Shown: positions 9,297-20,018 of the stretch, piece after piece
Numbering within the stretch: position 1 is the stretch's first letter
Layout: the number at the start of each line of letters is the position of its first letter
NCBI GenBank assembly: GCA_963756485.1
Contig: CAVWNL010000011.1
Span: 26,999-90,998, forward strand
Length of the DNA stretch: 64,000 nt
Reading direction: 5' to 3'
Source: an uncultured Acidobacteriaceae bacterium
GTDB taxonomy: Bacteria > Acidobacteriota > Terriglobia > Terriglobales > Acidobacteriaceae
Translations under genes and position numbers: made by a program
The notes under the pieces: model-generated
The model's database searches: none
What the model saw: the letters and a program-made list of their open reading frames with translations, nothing else
What the model was told of the DNA's origin: nothing

Positions 9297-12200
9297 TTGT
9301 TGCTTTTGACACCATTGCTTCCATCGGCGCGCCGCCAGCACAAACTCGCTCTCGTTCCTCTTTCCGTTCTGGTATTCGGGGTTGCGCTGACGCTCAGCAC
9401 TGCTTCCTGCCCCGCCGCCGCCCAGGCAGCGCCGCCCGCACCCCTCGCCCCGCAAGACGTTGAAAAGGGCCTGTTGCCCGACTGGGCAGGCCTGCAGGTG
9501 GTGGGGATTACCTTCGACGGCGTGAGCGCGGAATTGCTGAAGCCGTTGCCGGGGCAACTGGCGCAACAGCCGGGGGCTCCCCTGGACCCGGAAAAGATTC
9601 GTGAGAGCCTGCGCAGCCTTTACGCCACCGGCCTTTACCAAACCATTGAAGTTGCCGGCGTCCGCGCCGGGGATAGCGTCACGCTCATTTTTAACGGGAC
9701 TCCCCGCCTCTTTGTCGGCCGAATCAACGTGGAGGGAGTAAAAGACGAGCGCCTCGACGCCGTGCTCGACAGCGCCACCCAACTGCAGGCGGGAACCCCT
9801 TACTCTGATTCCAAGGCGGCTCAGGCCGAACCTTCGATCAAGACCACGCTTGAGAACAATGGCTACTACCGCGGACAGATCGCGTCCACGAAGGTCATCG
9901 ACCGGCAAAACTCCTTGGTTGATGTAAATTTTGAGGTCACCACAGGGGATCCGGCCCGGATCGGCGACGTCGAGCTCACCGGGGACAGCGGTTTGACCGA
10001 AGCCCAGTTTCGCAAGCAGGCCAAACTCAAGCGCAATGCCAAGGTGAACCGCAACACCGCGAGCCGTGCCCTCGCCAGGCTGCGCAAGCGCTACAACAAG
10101 CGCGGACATCTCGCTGCCACGATCAGCCTTACCTCGAAAGAATATGTGCCTCCCACTAACCGGTTGAACTATACCTTTCTCGCCCATCAGGGGCCGATCG
10201 TTCTGGTGAAAGTGGAAGGCGCAAAGATCAGCCACAGTCAGTTGCAGAAACTGGTGCCGATTTACGAAGAGGGAACCGTTGACCAGGATCTGCTCAACGA
10301 GGGCGCGCAGAACCTGCGCAACTACTATCAAAGCCACGGCTATTTTGATGTGAAGGTCTCCCACCAACCGGTGGAGACCGACGCGCAGCACGTGACGGCG
10401 CTCTACACCGTTGAACTGGGCAAGCGGCACGTGGTCGATACCGTCACGATTACCGGCAACAAGTACTTCAGCACCGAGCTCATTAAACAGCGGATCAGCG
10501 TTCGTCCAAACGCCTTTCTGGATCGCTACGGCGCCTTCAGCCAGCAGTTGGTGGCGCAGGATATCGCCAGCATCCGGGCGCTCTACATGAGCAATGGGTT
10601 CAGCGCGGTCAAGGTCACAACCAAATTCACAGACAGCGATACCGGGGCCGGGAAGGCGAGCAAGATCTCCCACTTCAAAATCGAGTACGTCATCGACGAA
10701 GGCGCCCAGCGACGCATCGGCAAATATGAAATCGAGGGAGCCAGCACGGAGCAGCTCAACGACTTTCGCCCTTCGCTGAATACCCAGGTTGGGCAGCCCT
10801 ACTCGGCGATCAACATAAACCAGGACAGAGACCTGGTTCAGACCTACTTCTTCAGCAAGGGCTATGACAACGCCCAGGTAAGCCTGTTTCAGCAAGCCGA
10901 TCCCGATCACCCGGATCAAATGGACTTCACCATGAAGATTGTGCCCGGTAAACAGTTCTTCGTGCGCAAGGTGATTGTCTCCGGCGTGGAGCGAACCAAG
11001 CCGGCGATTGTGCAGCAGCGGATCACGCTGCACCCGGACGACCCGCTCAATCAAACCGCCCTGCTGCAGATGCAGCGCAGACTGTATGACCTTGCTCTGT
11101 TCAACGAGGTCAATACGGCTATCCAGAATCCAAACGGCGACGAAAGCTACAAGAACGTCCTGTTGAACATCACGGAAGCCAAGCGTTGGGATATCAGCTA
11201 CGGTTTCGGTTTCGAAGTGCAGACAGGCGCGCCCACGTCAAGTTGTCTCTCCCCGGCGGAACAGGCAACGTTGGGCATCACCAATAACTACAACTGCAGT
11301 CCGAATGGCCATACGGGGGCCAGTCCGCGGATTTTGTTCAATGTGAGCCGCACCAACCTGCGCGGCACTGACCAGTCGATTACCCTGCGTACCAACTACG
11401 GAACACTGGAGCAGATCGCTTTGCTCAGCTACCAGGATCCGCACCTCTTCAATAAGCCGTCATTCAACCTGACACTCTCCGGCGGGTATAACAACAGCGC
11501 AGTGATCACTACCTACCGGGCGTCGATTCTTTCCGGGGCGCTTCGGGTTTCGCAACGGGTGAGCAAACCCATCACCCTGATCTATTCCATGTCGTATCGC
11601 CGGGTGGTGGTGAATGCCAGCACCCTGCAGGTCAGCCTGGCGCAGATTCCGTTGCTGGCGCAGCCGGTGCGGGTAGGGGGGCCGGGAATTACCTATATCC
11701 GCGATACTCGCGATGTGCCGCTCGATGCTCATCACGGCACTTTCAATACCGGGGAGATTTTTTTCGCGGATGGCAAATTCGGCTCCCAGGCCAACTTTGA
11801 CCGCATCGACCTGAGCAATGCCACCTACTATGACTTTGGCCGGAACCATTGGGTGTTTGCGCGGCAAACCCGCTACGGACAGGAGCGGTCTTTCGGCAAC
11901 GGCGATGCGCAATTGATCCCCTTGCCTGAGCGGCTCTATGCCGGCGGCGCGACCTCTCACCGCGGCTTTCCTATCAATTCGGCAGGGCCTCGGGATCCTC
12001 AGACCGGTTATCCGGTAGGCGGCGCGGGCGTCTTTGTGAATACGTTCGAGCTTCGCCCACCGCCTCCCACGTTGCGCTGGGTGGGCACCGATCTCAGCTT
12101 TGTCCTGTTCCACGACATGGGCAACGCCTTTCAGAAGTCTTCCCAGATATGGCCGAGCGCGCTGCGTATCAAGCAGCCCCACAGCTATACCTGCCGCAAC

Positions 12201-12449
12201 GTCACCGTGCCTTACACCACGTACAACACACCGGACACCTGCGACTTCAACGACTTCTCGCATGCAGTGGGACTGGGGCTGCGCTACCACACGCCCATAG
12301 GGCCGATACGCGGGGACTTCAGTTACAACCTCAACCCGCCGATCTATCCTGTCTTTTACGACTACACCACTGCGTCGACGGCTCCTAACCCCCACGTCGG
12401 GCAAGCCGGTCACTTCAACTTCTTCTTCAGTATCGGACAGAGTTTCTGA
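9297..12449 (+). CDS. bamA: Outer membrane protein assembly factor BamA (Omp85 family, POTRA repeats plus beta-barrel)
   Basis: Intact 1050-aa ORF with a signal-like N-terminus. It has repeated POTRA-like segments (..GRINVEGV.., ..IGDVELTG.., ..VTITGNKYF.., ..KYEIEG.., ..KVIVSGVERT..). The barrel end reads ..GLGLRYHTPIGPIRGDFSYNL..HFNFFFSIGQSF. The start codon is uncertain (TTG candidates at 9297-9320). Confidence 0.85.
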   Translation: MLLLTPLLPSARRQHKLALVPLSVLVFGVALTLSTASCPAAAQAAPPAPLAPQDVEKGLLPDWAGLQVVGITFDGVSAELLKPLPGQLAQQPGAPLDPEKIRESLRSLYATGLYQTIEVAGVRAGDSVTLIFNGTPRLFVGRINVEGVKDERLDAVLDSATQLQAGTPYSDSKAAQAEPSIKTTLENNGYYRGQIASTKVIDRQNSLVDVNFEVTTGDPARIGDVELTGDSGLTEAQFRKQAKLKRNAKVNRNTASRALARLRKRYNKRGHLAATISLTSKEYVPPTNRLNYTFLAHQGPIVLVKVEGAKISHSQLQKLVPIYEEGTVDQDLLNEGAQNLRNYYQSHGYFDVKVSHQPVETDAQHVTALYTVELGKRHVVDTVTITGNKYFSTELIKQRISVRPNAFLDRYGAFSQQLVAQDIASIRALYMSNGFSAVKVTTKFTDSDTGAGKASKISHFKIEYVIDEGAQRRIGKYEIEGASTEQLNDFRPSLNTQVGQPYSAININQDRDLVQTYFFSKGYDNAQVSLFQQADPDHPDQMDFTMKIVPGKQFFVRKVIVSGVERTKPAIVQQRITLHPDDPLNQTALLQMQRRLYDLALFNEVNTAIQNPNGDESYKNVLLNITEAKRWDISYGFGFEVQTGAPTSSCLSPAEQATLGITNNYNCSPNGHTGASPRILFNVSRTNLRGTDQSITLRTNYGTLEQIALLSYQDPHLFNKPSFNLTLSGGYNNSAVITTYRASILSGALRVSQRVSKPITLIYSMSYRRVVVNASTLQVSLAQIPLLAQPVRVGGPGITYIRDTRDVPLDAHHGTFNTGEIFFADGKFGSQANFDRIDLSNATYYDFGRNHWVFARQTRYGQERSFGNGDAQLIPLPERLYAGGATSHRGFPINSAGPRDPQTGYPVGGAGVFVNTFELRPPPPTLRWVGTDLSFVLFHDMGNAFQKSSQIWPSALRIKQPHSYTCRNVTVPYTTYNTPDTCDFNDFSHAVGLGLRYHTPIGPIRGDFSYNLNPPIYPVFYDYTTASTAPNPHVGQAGHFNFFFSIGQSF

Positions 12450-13273
12450 TGTTGAGACCGCTGAGAACCAGATCGTGCAGTTCCACATCTCGCGAGAGAG
12501 ATTCGCTCACCGCGGCCTGCAGATGGTACAGAGTTTGGAGTTTGTTTTTGGCCATGCTCGCGGCAGCAGGCGCATGGGGGCAGCAAACTACGGCTGCTCC
12601 TCTGCCAACGGGCGCCGTGGTTCTCGATCACGTGGTCGCGGTCATCAATGGCAGCGTGATCCTGGAGAGCGATGTGCAGGAAGAGATGCGTTACGGTGTC
12701 CTGCAGCCATTCAGTGTCAATCCGGCGCGCAACACACCGCAACGAGCGCTGCAGCGCCTGATCGATCGCGCGCTCATCCTGCAACAGATGCAGGCGACGC
12801 AGTTCGCTACGCCACCAACGCCCGAGGAAGTACAACAGCGCCTCAAAGACCTGAGTGCCGTAATGCCTGGGTGCGCGCAATACCACTGCAATACGGAAGC
12901 TGGTTGGCAAGCCTTCCTGAAAGCCCATGAGTTGACGGAGAAAGAAGTAGAGAAGCACTGGACTGAAAGGATGACGATCCTGTCATTTATCCAGTCGCGC
13001 TTCGGCTCCGGGGTTCGCATTACGCCCCAGGAAATTGCCGACTACTATCACAAGACCCTGGTCCCCCAACTCAATGGGCAGAAGCCACCTGCACTGGCAG
13101 CTGTCTCCAGCCGTATCCAGGAGATCCTGCTGCAGCAGCGAGTCAGTTCTCTGCTTCTCGAATGGTTACAGAGCCTGAAGAGTGAGGGTAGCGTCAGCAT
13201 TCTCGATCCCGCCTACGGGCAGGTCGGTACTACCGGTTCCGGTGACGAGTCCGAATCCGGAGGACAGCCATGA
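12449..13273 (+). CDS. SurA-like periplasmic chaperone (SurA N-terminal-type domain only, no PPIase seen)
   Basis: The ATG overlaps the bamA stop (TGATG). The product has a signal-like WSLFLAMLAAAGAWG, then VVAVINGSVILESDVQEEM..RALQRLIDRALILQQ..ITPQEIADYY. Its stop overlaps the tamB ATG (ATGA). Confidence 0.6.
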   Translation: MLRPLRTRSCSSTSRERDSLTAACRWYRVWSLFLAMLAAAGAWGQQTTAAPLPTGAVVLDHVVAVINGSVILESDVQEEMRYGVLQPFSVNPARNTPQRALQRLIDRALILQQMQATQFATPPTPEEVQQRLKDLSAVMPGCAQYHCNTEAGWQAFLKAHELTEKEVEKHWTERMTILSFIQSRFGSGVRITPQEIADYYHKTLVPQLNGQKPPALAAVSSRIQEILLQQRVSSLLLEWLQSLKSEGSVSILDPAYGQVGTTGSGDESESGGQP

Positions 13274-16200
13274 GCGCGTGGGGATGGGTTTTGAGAGTGG
13301 GCGGCGTTCTCCTGCTGCTGCTGGTGCTGGTCGTGGCCGGCCTGATGTTCTATGCCTCGACGCCGCACTTTGCGAACATCGTCCGGCAGAGGGTGGTGAC
13401 GGTACTCGAAGAAGCCACCGGCGGCCGGGTGGAGATCCAGTCCTTGCGTTGGAACCTGCGGCACCTGTCTGTGGAAGTGGATGGCTTGACCATTCACGGG
13501 TTGGAAAGCCGTGGCGAATTGCCCTATGCCCATGTCGACCGCCTTTACGCGCGCGCCAAGATCCTTTCCTTTGTCGATGCCCGTATCGGCCTCGACTTTC
13601 TCGAGGTCGATCGTCCGTCGATCCACCTCATCATTTATCCCGATGGCCACACCAACCAGCCGGCGCCCAGGGTTAAAGAAAGCACCAATGGCCCGGCGGT
13701 GCAAACGATCTTCGACCTGCAGGCCCGCCGGGTAGAAGTCAACAACGGTGTCGCGCTGATCAACGAGCGCTCCATTCCGTTTCAGTTGGCCGCGAACGAT
13801 CTGGGCGCAGTGATCACCTATGCTCCGGCGACCAGGCAGTATGTGGGGCAAATCTCCTGCTCCGATATCAACGCGCAGAAGGGCAAATCCGCAGTCGTAC
13901 GCAGCAAGCTGGATCTGAGTCTGGAAGCGGCGCCCGATGCGGTCAATATCAAGGCCCTTCATTTCAGCACCGGAAAAACCGACTTGCAGGCCTCCGGCAG
14001 CCTGACTCATTTCGCGCAGCCGCAGTGGAAGCTATCCGCGAACGGCCCGGTGGAGCTGGCCGAGCTGACCGGGCTCGGAGTGGTGGATGGCTTCCGCCGC
14101 GGCAGCGTGAATCTTGCTGTCACGGCCCAGGGCGCCGGAGCCAAGGACTACACGATCGACGGCGATGCCAAGGTGATCAACACCAGCTATGCCATTGAAT
14201 ATTTCTGGGCCGACGGGGTGAATGCGACCACTCACTTCCACATCACTCCGAAAGAGATCTCGTTACCTGATGTGGTTGGCCGCCCGCGCCAGGGCGGGAT
14301 CGTCTATGCCGCCCTCCGCTTTCTCAACTGGAGCGCACCCGACAGTCTCCCCAAAACTCCCGGAGCGCAGGTGATGAGTGTTCGCGCCCGCGTGCGCGGC
14401 GTGCGGCTCACGACTGTGCTTGAGAGCGTGGTCCCGCCCCACTATAGAGATCTGGGGTTCGATACGGCGGGTGAGGGAAATGTGAGTGTCGATTGGACTG
14501 GCTCGCCGGACGACCTTACGGTCGCGGCCGTTCTGGCCATGAGTGTTCCCGACCGTCCCACGCCCGGCAGAGTCTCGATCAGTGGAACGGTGGATGCCAA
14601 GTACTTCCAGCGCGGGGGCAAAGTTCAGATCAACCAGCTCGAAGCACACAGCCAAGCGACCTCGCTGAAGGTCTCCGGCTTGTTAGGCGTGTATCCGGTC
14701 GAGAGGCCTTCCGATCTCAACATCCACCTGGTCAACCACAATCTCGGTGAGTTCGATCATGTGCTGAAGGCGCTGGATTTGGGCGTCAATGGCAAGCCTG
14801 GAATTGCGGGACTCCCCATCCAACTTCACGGCGACGCCACCTTTGATGGCCAGGGAACCGGCTCACTGGTTGACCCCGCCTTCAAAGGCCATCTCACCGC
14901 GAAGCAATTCTCGACGTCGTTTGTGCTTCCCGCTTTAAATAACAAGCTACAGCCTGCGCAACCCTCGACTGAGCCGGTCGCCCTCCCGTCGGACAACTCG
15001 ACCCCGGCCGGTTTGCCAACCAGCATCTTCTGGGATTCGTTGGACGCGAACGCGAGCTACTCTTCCAGTCTCATCTCCGTCGATCACGCGACGCTCACCC
15101 GGGACAAGACGGTGATCCACGCCTCCGGGCAACTGGAAGCGCACCGCATCAACCGGCGGCGAGTGGCTTTCGATGACCAGGCCACCATCAACGCAACCGC
15201 GCAGGTACAGAACGCATCCCTCACCGACCTTCTGTCGCTGGTAGGGCAGGACCTCCCGGTGACGGGAACTCTAAACCTGGAGGCCCATGCGGGGGGCATG
15301 CTCGGTGATTTGAACGGAGGGGGAAATCTTACTCTTCTGGGCGGGGCCATCGAAGGGCAGCCCTATCACAGCCTGACCGCCGCCGTAGCCCTGGCTGGAC
15401 AGGACATCAACCTCACCAAACTGACACTTCTGCAGGATGGCGGAACGGTGGAGGGCAACGGGACCTACAGCCTCAAGACGCGGCAGTTCCTTGCCAACCT
15501 GGACGGGACCAATTTCGAACTATCGCATTTCCCCCAGCCCAAAGACTCCCGGCTCGCCATCGCCGGCGCCGTGAAATTTGACGCGCATGCCTCGGGCACC
15601 TTTGATTCCTTCTCTGTTCTGGCTGGACTCCACATGCGCAATCTCGTTCTGGGCGGACAGCCTGCCGGCGCCCTGGAGGTCATAGCGCATACCCAAGGCA
15701 GCACAGCCTACTTCACAGCTCAAAACAGCCTGGCAAATGCACAGTTAAAGCTCAGTGGCCAGACGCAACTGCATGGCAATTTCGATACCCAGGCCAATGC
15801 GGTATTGACCAATCTGAACATCGCGCCGTTTCTCCGCGCCTTTCACGTGCAGAGTGTCAGCGGCAATTCGGCGATTGGGGGGACGATCAACGTGGCTGGT
15901 CCGCTGCGCCAGCCGAAACAGTTCAGCGGGGACGCTGAGATTAATCAGTTCGGCGTCACATTGCAGGGCATCGCACTCCAGGCCCAGGGGCCGATACGCG
16001 CGGCGCTGCGGGAGGGTGTACTCCATCTCACCCAGGCTCACATCACCGGACCCGATACCAATCTTTCCCTTACCGGCACGGCTTCTTTGGTGGGCACCCA
16101 GGCGCTGGATGTCACCGGCAATGGATCCGTGAACATGAAGCTGGCGCAGACCTTCGACTCCGACATTACTTCCTCTGGCCATGTGGACTTCAACGTCGAA

Positions 16201-17376
16201 GCGGTTGGCACCCTCACGCAGCCCTCGTTCTCGGGACGCATGCACCTTACCAACGTGGCTTTGGCCCTGAATGATCTGCCCAACGGCATCAGCCGGTTGA
16301 ACGGCGATCTGGTCTTCGACCAAAACAGGCTGCAGGTACAAAACCTGGTGGGCATGACCGGAGGCGGCCAGCTCAAATTCGGCGGTTTCTTAGCCTATCA
16401 GCAGGGTCTGTACGGCGACTTTACGGCGATGGGCAAAGATGTCCGCGTCCGCTATGCAGGCATAAGCGCGACGGCGGATACCACCATGCACCTGCTGGGC
16501 ACACAGAACAACATGATGCTCAGTGGTAGTGTGCAGATCACCCGCTTCATTATCGGTCCAAACGTAGACTTCGCGAGTTTTGCCCCCAGTGCCGCGGCAA
16601 ACGTGCCGCCCGGATCCCAATGCGGCCTCTAGTCACGTGCGGCTGGATATCCACGTGTTTTCTGCGCCCCAGCTCGATTTTCAGAACTCCTACGCCCAGC
16701 TGGCCGGCAGCGTGGATCTGCGCATCCGCGGGACCGTGGCCCAGCCGGCAATCCTCGGCCGCATCAATATCACCGACGGAACCGCCAACTTTGCCGGAAC
16801 CACCTATCGTCTGCAGCACGGGCAGATCTTCTTCACCAACCCGGTCATGATCCAGCCCTTTATCGACATCGACGCCACCACCCGGGTGGAGGAATACGAC
16901 GTGACCATCGGGCTGCACGGCAACCTCAACCAGCTCACGCCCACTTTCCGCTCGGAGCCCCCTCTGGCCCAGGCCGACGTCATCTCCCTTCTGGCCCTGG
17001 GCCGGACCCAGGAGGAACAAGCGCTGTATTCGCAGCAGGAGCAGTCGATCGGCTCCGACTCCACCACGAATGCGTTGCTGGGAGGCGCCCTGAATGCAGC
17101 GGTCGGCAGCCGGGTGCAGAAGCTCTTTGGTGGCGGCAGCGTGAAGATCGATCCGACCTATGTCGGCACCGTAGGCAGTTCGAGCGCCGGATCACTGTGT
17201 CAGCAGAACATCTCCCGCAACGTCCAGGTCACTTACGCCACGAACGTAAATGCCACCGCGCAGCAGCTTATTCAGGCCCAGGTCGACATCACGCAAAGCG
17301 TTTCCGTCGCTGGCTCTCCGCGACGAAGTCGGGCGTCTTCAGCCTGGTGCTGAAAGTTCACAAACGCTATCGTTGA
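13270..17376 (+). pseudogene. tamB: TamB-like translocation/assembly module protein (AsmA-like N-terminus, DUF490-type C-terminus), frame broken near the C-terminus
   Basis: The 1120-aa frame has an N-terminal anchor (VLLLLLVLVVAGLMFY) and ends at 16632. The DUF490-like continuation (..HVRLDIHVFSAPQLDFQN..LRIRGTVAQPAILGRINITDGTANFAGTTYRLQHGQIFF..) is in another frame; the break is at about 16606-12. A third frame gives a plausible end, ..SGVFSLVLKVHKRYR*, at 17376. Confidence 0.8.
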
Positions 17377-17490
17377 CGCCGTTCTGGAGTCGTAGTAAAC
17401 AGGGAGGGGCAACCCGGGCCCCCGTTTTGTGTCTATATAAGTGGACTTACTCGCGAGCTGTGATTATCGCGGAAAAAACAGGAGATAGAA

Positions 17491-18270
17491 ATGAAGAGGG
17501 CAAGACATGTTTTCACTTTGGCGCTGGCTGCTGGTCTGGCTCTGGGTTCTCAGGTGGTCACTGCCAAGCGCATCGTATGCGTTCGGGCAAAACGCGCAGA
17601 CCGATAACAACATTCAGGCTCAACTGCAGAATGAATTAAAGAAGTACAAGGGCGTTCAGATATCGGTGAAGAACGGGATCGTCGATCTGGAAGGCACCGT
17701 CAATGACTTCGCCACCAAAGAACAGATCGATAAAAGAGCCCATCGCACCAAGAACGTAGTCGCGGTTCGCAATAATCTCAAGATTGCCGGCGCCGGCGAA
17801 ATGTCCGACGCGCAGTTGCAACAGAAGATTGTGCAGAAGCTACAGTATGATCGCGTGGGCTATGGCAATGCGTTCAACGCGATCAGCGTGAACGTGCAGA
17901 ACGGTGTGGTCACGCTGGCCGGCAATGCGCTGGGGCCAGTGGCGGCTGATTCCGCGGTTTCGCTCGCCAGCCATTTCCCGGGGGTTCAGGACGTCATCAA
18001 CAACATCCGGTCGATCCCCTGTCGCCCATGGACAATCAATCCCGCTTCGCGGTTTATCGGGCTATTTACGGCTACCCCAGCCTGAATAAGTACGCCCTTG
18101 ACCCTGCGCAGCCCATTCGCATCACGGTCGTGAATGGCAATGTCACCCTGAATGGAGTGGTGCAAAGCCAGGCAGACAAAAATGTAGCTGGTATTCGCGC
18201 CAATAGCGTCCCTGGGGTTTTCAAGGTGGTCAACAATCTGCAGGTAGCCAACGCGTCGAACGAGAAGTAG
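17491..18270 (+). pseudogene. BON-domain periplasmic protein (three BON-like repeats), two frame breaks
   Basis: ATG 17491 with a GGAG RBS gives the signal peptide MKRARHVFTLALAAGLALGSQVVTA. The frame shifts at about 17561-66 to ..SASYAFGQNAQ..VKNGIVDLEGTVNDFATKEQIDKRAHRTKNVVAVRNNL..VQNGVVTLAGNA..VQDVINNI. It shifts again at about 18007-11 to ..VNGNVTLNGVVQSQADKNVAGIRANSVPGVFKVVNNLQV. Confidence 0.75.
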
Positions 18271-18280
18271 GTTTTTTGAT

Positions 18281-18311
18281 ACGAAGGGCCGGCTTCAGCC
18301 GTGCCCTTCGT
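18281..18311 (+). terminator. Long GC-rich hairpin downstream of the BON gene (terminator candidate and repeat relative)
   Basis: ACGAAGGGCCGGC-TTCA-GCCG(T)GCCCTTCGT lies 11 nt after stop 18268-70. There is no clear U tract. It shares cgtgcccttcgt with the unit at 5123-5150. Confidence 0.45.
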
Positions 18312-18366
18312 TATAGCCAACATTTCCAGGCCCCTTCCCTTCAGTTCCGCCCGGTACACTGAAGGC

Positions 18367-19240
18367 ATGGCTTTGCTGCGCAATGTAGGCACCACGCTGG
18401 AAATGATCAAGTGGGAGCATTCGATCTTCGCCCTCCCTTTTGCCTTCTCCGGCGCCATGCTGGCTGCCGCGGGTGGCCTGCCTGGTCCAAGCTTTTTTGG
18501 ATCGTGGTCTGCATGGTTACGGCCCGCTCAGCCGCCATGGCCTTCAACCGCTGGGCGGATGCCCGCCTGGATGCAGCGAATCCGAGAACCGCAGCCCGTG
18601 CTATTCCCTCTGGCTTATTAAGCCGGAGTTTTGTCGGCGGCTTCACCGTCTTGATGGCACTGGCGTTTGTCCTGGCTGCGGCTCAGCTGAACCGCGTAAC
18701 CTTGTTGCTCTCCCCCTTGGCACTCGGTGTCTCCTGCTTTACTCCTATACCAAGCGGTTCACCCGCTGGTCTCACCTGGTGCTTGGCCTGGCGCTGGGAA
18801 TTGCGCCCGCGGCAGCCTGGATCGCAATCCGCGGCTCCCTTGACCCACGGATCATCGTGCTCACCGTGGCGGTCTTTTCTGGGTGGGCGGATTTCGACGT
18901 TCTCTACGCCTGCCAGGACATGGCGCACGACCGGCAGAGCGGCCTGAACAGCATTCCCGAAACCTGGGGAATCCGGACGGCCTTCTGGATTGCGCGCTCC
19001 ATGCACCTGGTGATGATGGTCTTCTTGTGCATGGCTGCTGAAGCTTTTGCCCTGAATGCCATCGCGTGGGTGGGAGTGGCCGCGGTCGGCAGTCTGCTGC
19101 TGTACGAGCACCTCATCATCTCCCCGACCGATCTGCGGCGCCTGAATGCCGCCTTTTTTACCTTGAACGGGATCATCTCGATGGTCTTCTTCTTCTTTGT
19201 TGCTGCCGCCCTGCTGCTTCCTCATTTATCGGCGCATTAA
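18367..19240 (+). pseudogene. UbiA-family aromatic prenyltransferase (4-hydroxybenzoate/menaquinone-type), two frame breaks
   Basis: Frame 1: [32 protein letters not shown]. Frame 2: ..[44 protein letters not shown] (NxxxDxxxD motif). Frame 3: ..LLLYSYTKRFTRWSHLVLGLALGIAPAAAWIA..DFDVLYACQDMAHDRQSGLNSIP. The breaks are at about 18480-83 and 18729-31. Confidence 0.8.
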
Positions 19241-19243
19241 AAA

Positions 19244-19276
19244 GCGGACGCACCCTGAACCGCCGGGTGCGTCCGC
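19244..19276. terminator. Bidirectional intrinsic terminator between the convergent ubiA-like and csbD genes
   Basis: 12-bp perfect stem GCGGACGCACCC / GGGTGCGTCCGC with a 9-nt loop. On the minus strand it is followed by TTTTT; on the plus strand by TTCCCC. Confidence 0.7.
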
Positions 19277-19325
19277 TTCCCCATCTAAGAACTAAAAGAC
19301 CAAGTGAGACTAGGCCGTTCTGGTT

Positions 19326-19628
19326 TTATTCCGCTCTTCCGCCTTGTGGGCGTCGATTTTGTCGTTGATGTTCTGGCATGAACATCGTCGACCTTCTGCG
19401 CGAACCCCGCCCGGGCATCATTGGCGTGAAGTTCTGCTTCTTTCTGGTGCGATCCGCCGTAACTGCTGCAGCATCCTTCACGTTGCCCCAGGTTTCCTTG
19501 GCGGCACCCTTTACCTGGTCAGCTACACCCTGGTTGGCCAACTTCTGGTTGCCTAAGGTTTCGCCCACTCCCTGCTTCACGCGTCCTGCTGCCTGTTCCA
19601 CCTTGCCGGTCACTTGATCCTTGTTCAT
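19326..19628 (-). CDS. CsbD-family stress protein (the C-terminal half may be frame-disturbed)
   Basis: AAGGAG RBS, ATG 19628. The product reads MNKDQVTGKVEQAAGRVKQGVGETLGNQKLANQGVADQVKGAAKETWGNVKDAA. The tail in the given frame is Arg/Pro-rich junk. Other frames read ..EAELHANDARAGFAQKVDDVHA.. and ..NINDKIDAHKAEERNKTRTA*, with a stop at 19310-12. Confidence 0.65.
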   Translation of the reverse strand: MNKDQVTGKVEQAAGRVKQGVGETLGNQKLANQGVADQVKGAAKETWGNVKDAAAVTADRTRKKQNFTPMMPGRGSRRRSTMFMPEHQRQNRRPQGGRAE

Positions 19629-19765
19629 GGTCTTATTTCTCCTTGAGCCTGCCAACTTCGCAGGCACCATAAACTGAGATGCCTGTCGCTTGCCGGCCGC
19701 CTACCTGGTTGCGCGAAAAAGCGTCTCAGGCACCCGTAAGCGGCTTCTTTGCAACAGGGCAAGGT

Positions 19766-19915
19766 TCAAATTGCTCGACGGCCGCCAATCAACTGAATGA
19801 CCAGCACCACCAGCGCAATAATCAGCAGAATATGGATGTAGCGCGCAACCACGTGAAATCCAATAAAGCCCACCAGCCAAAGTACCAGCAGCACGATAAA
19901 AATCGTCCAAAGCAT
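19766..19915 (-). CDS. 49-aa two-helix membrane protein (resembles the lmo0937-type small membrane protein family); below the ORF-track size cutoff
   Basis: Hand translation: AGGAG RBS 9 nt upstream of ATG 19915. The product is MLWTIFIVLLVLWLVGFIGFHVVARYIHILLIIALVVLVIQLIGGRRAI*, with TGA at 19766-68. Confidence 0.6.
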   Translation of the reverse strand: MLWTIFIVLLVLWLVGFIGFHVVARYIHILLIIALVVLVIQLIGGRRAI

Positions 19916-20018
19916 TGTGTATTTCTCCTAACAGTCAAAGTCTTGCTACGCTGTACTTTGGTGCGTTTGCCCCGGAGTGGGTTGCCGTATCATCAAAATT
20001 AAGTCTGCGGGGCATGAG

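Noticed and set aside
9084-11054. 656-aa ORF on the minus strand
   Set aside because: It lies entirely antisense to bamA, whose frame has clear Omp85/POTRA features. Its composition is the Arg/Gly/Leu/Val-rich pattern typical of antisense frames in GC-rich DNA, and I recognise no motif in it.
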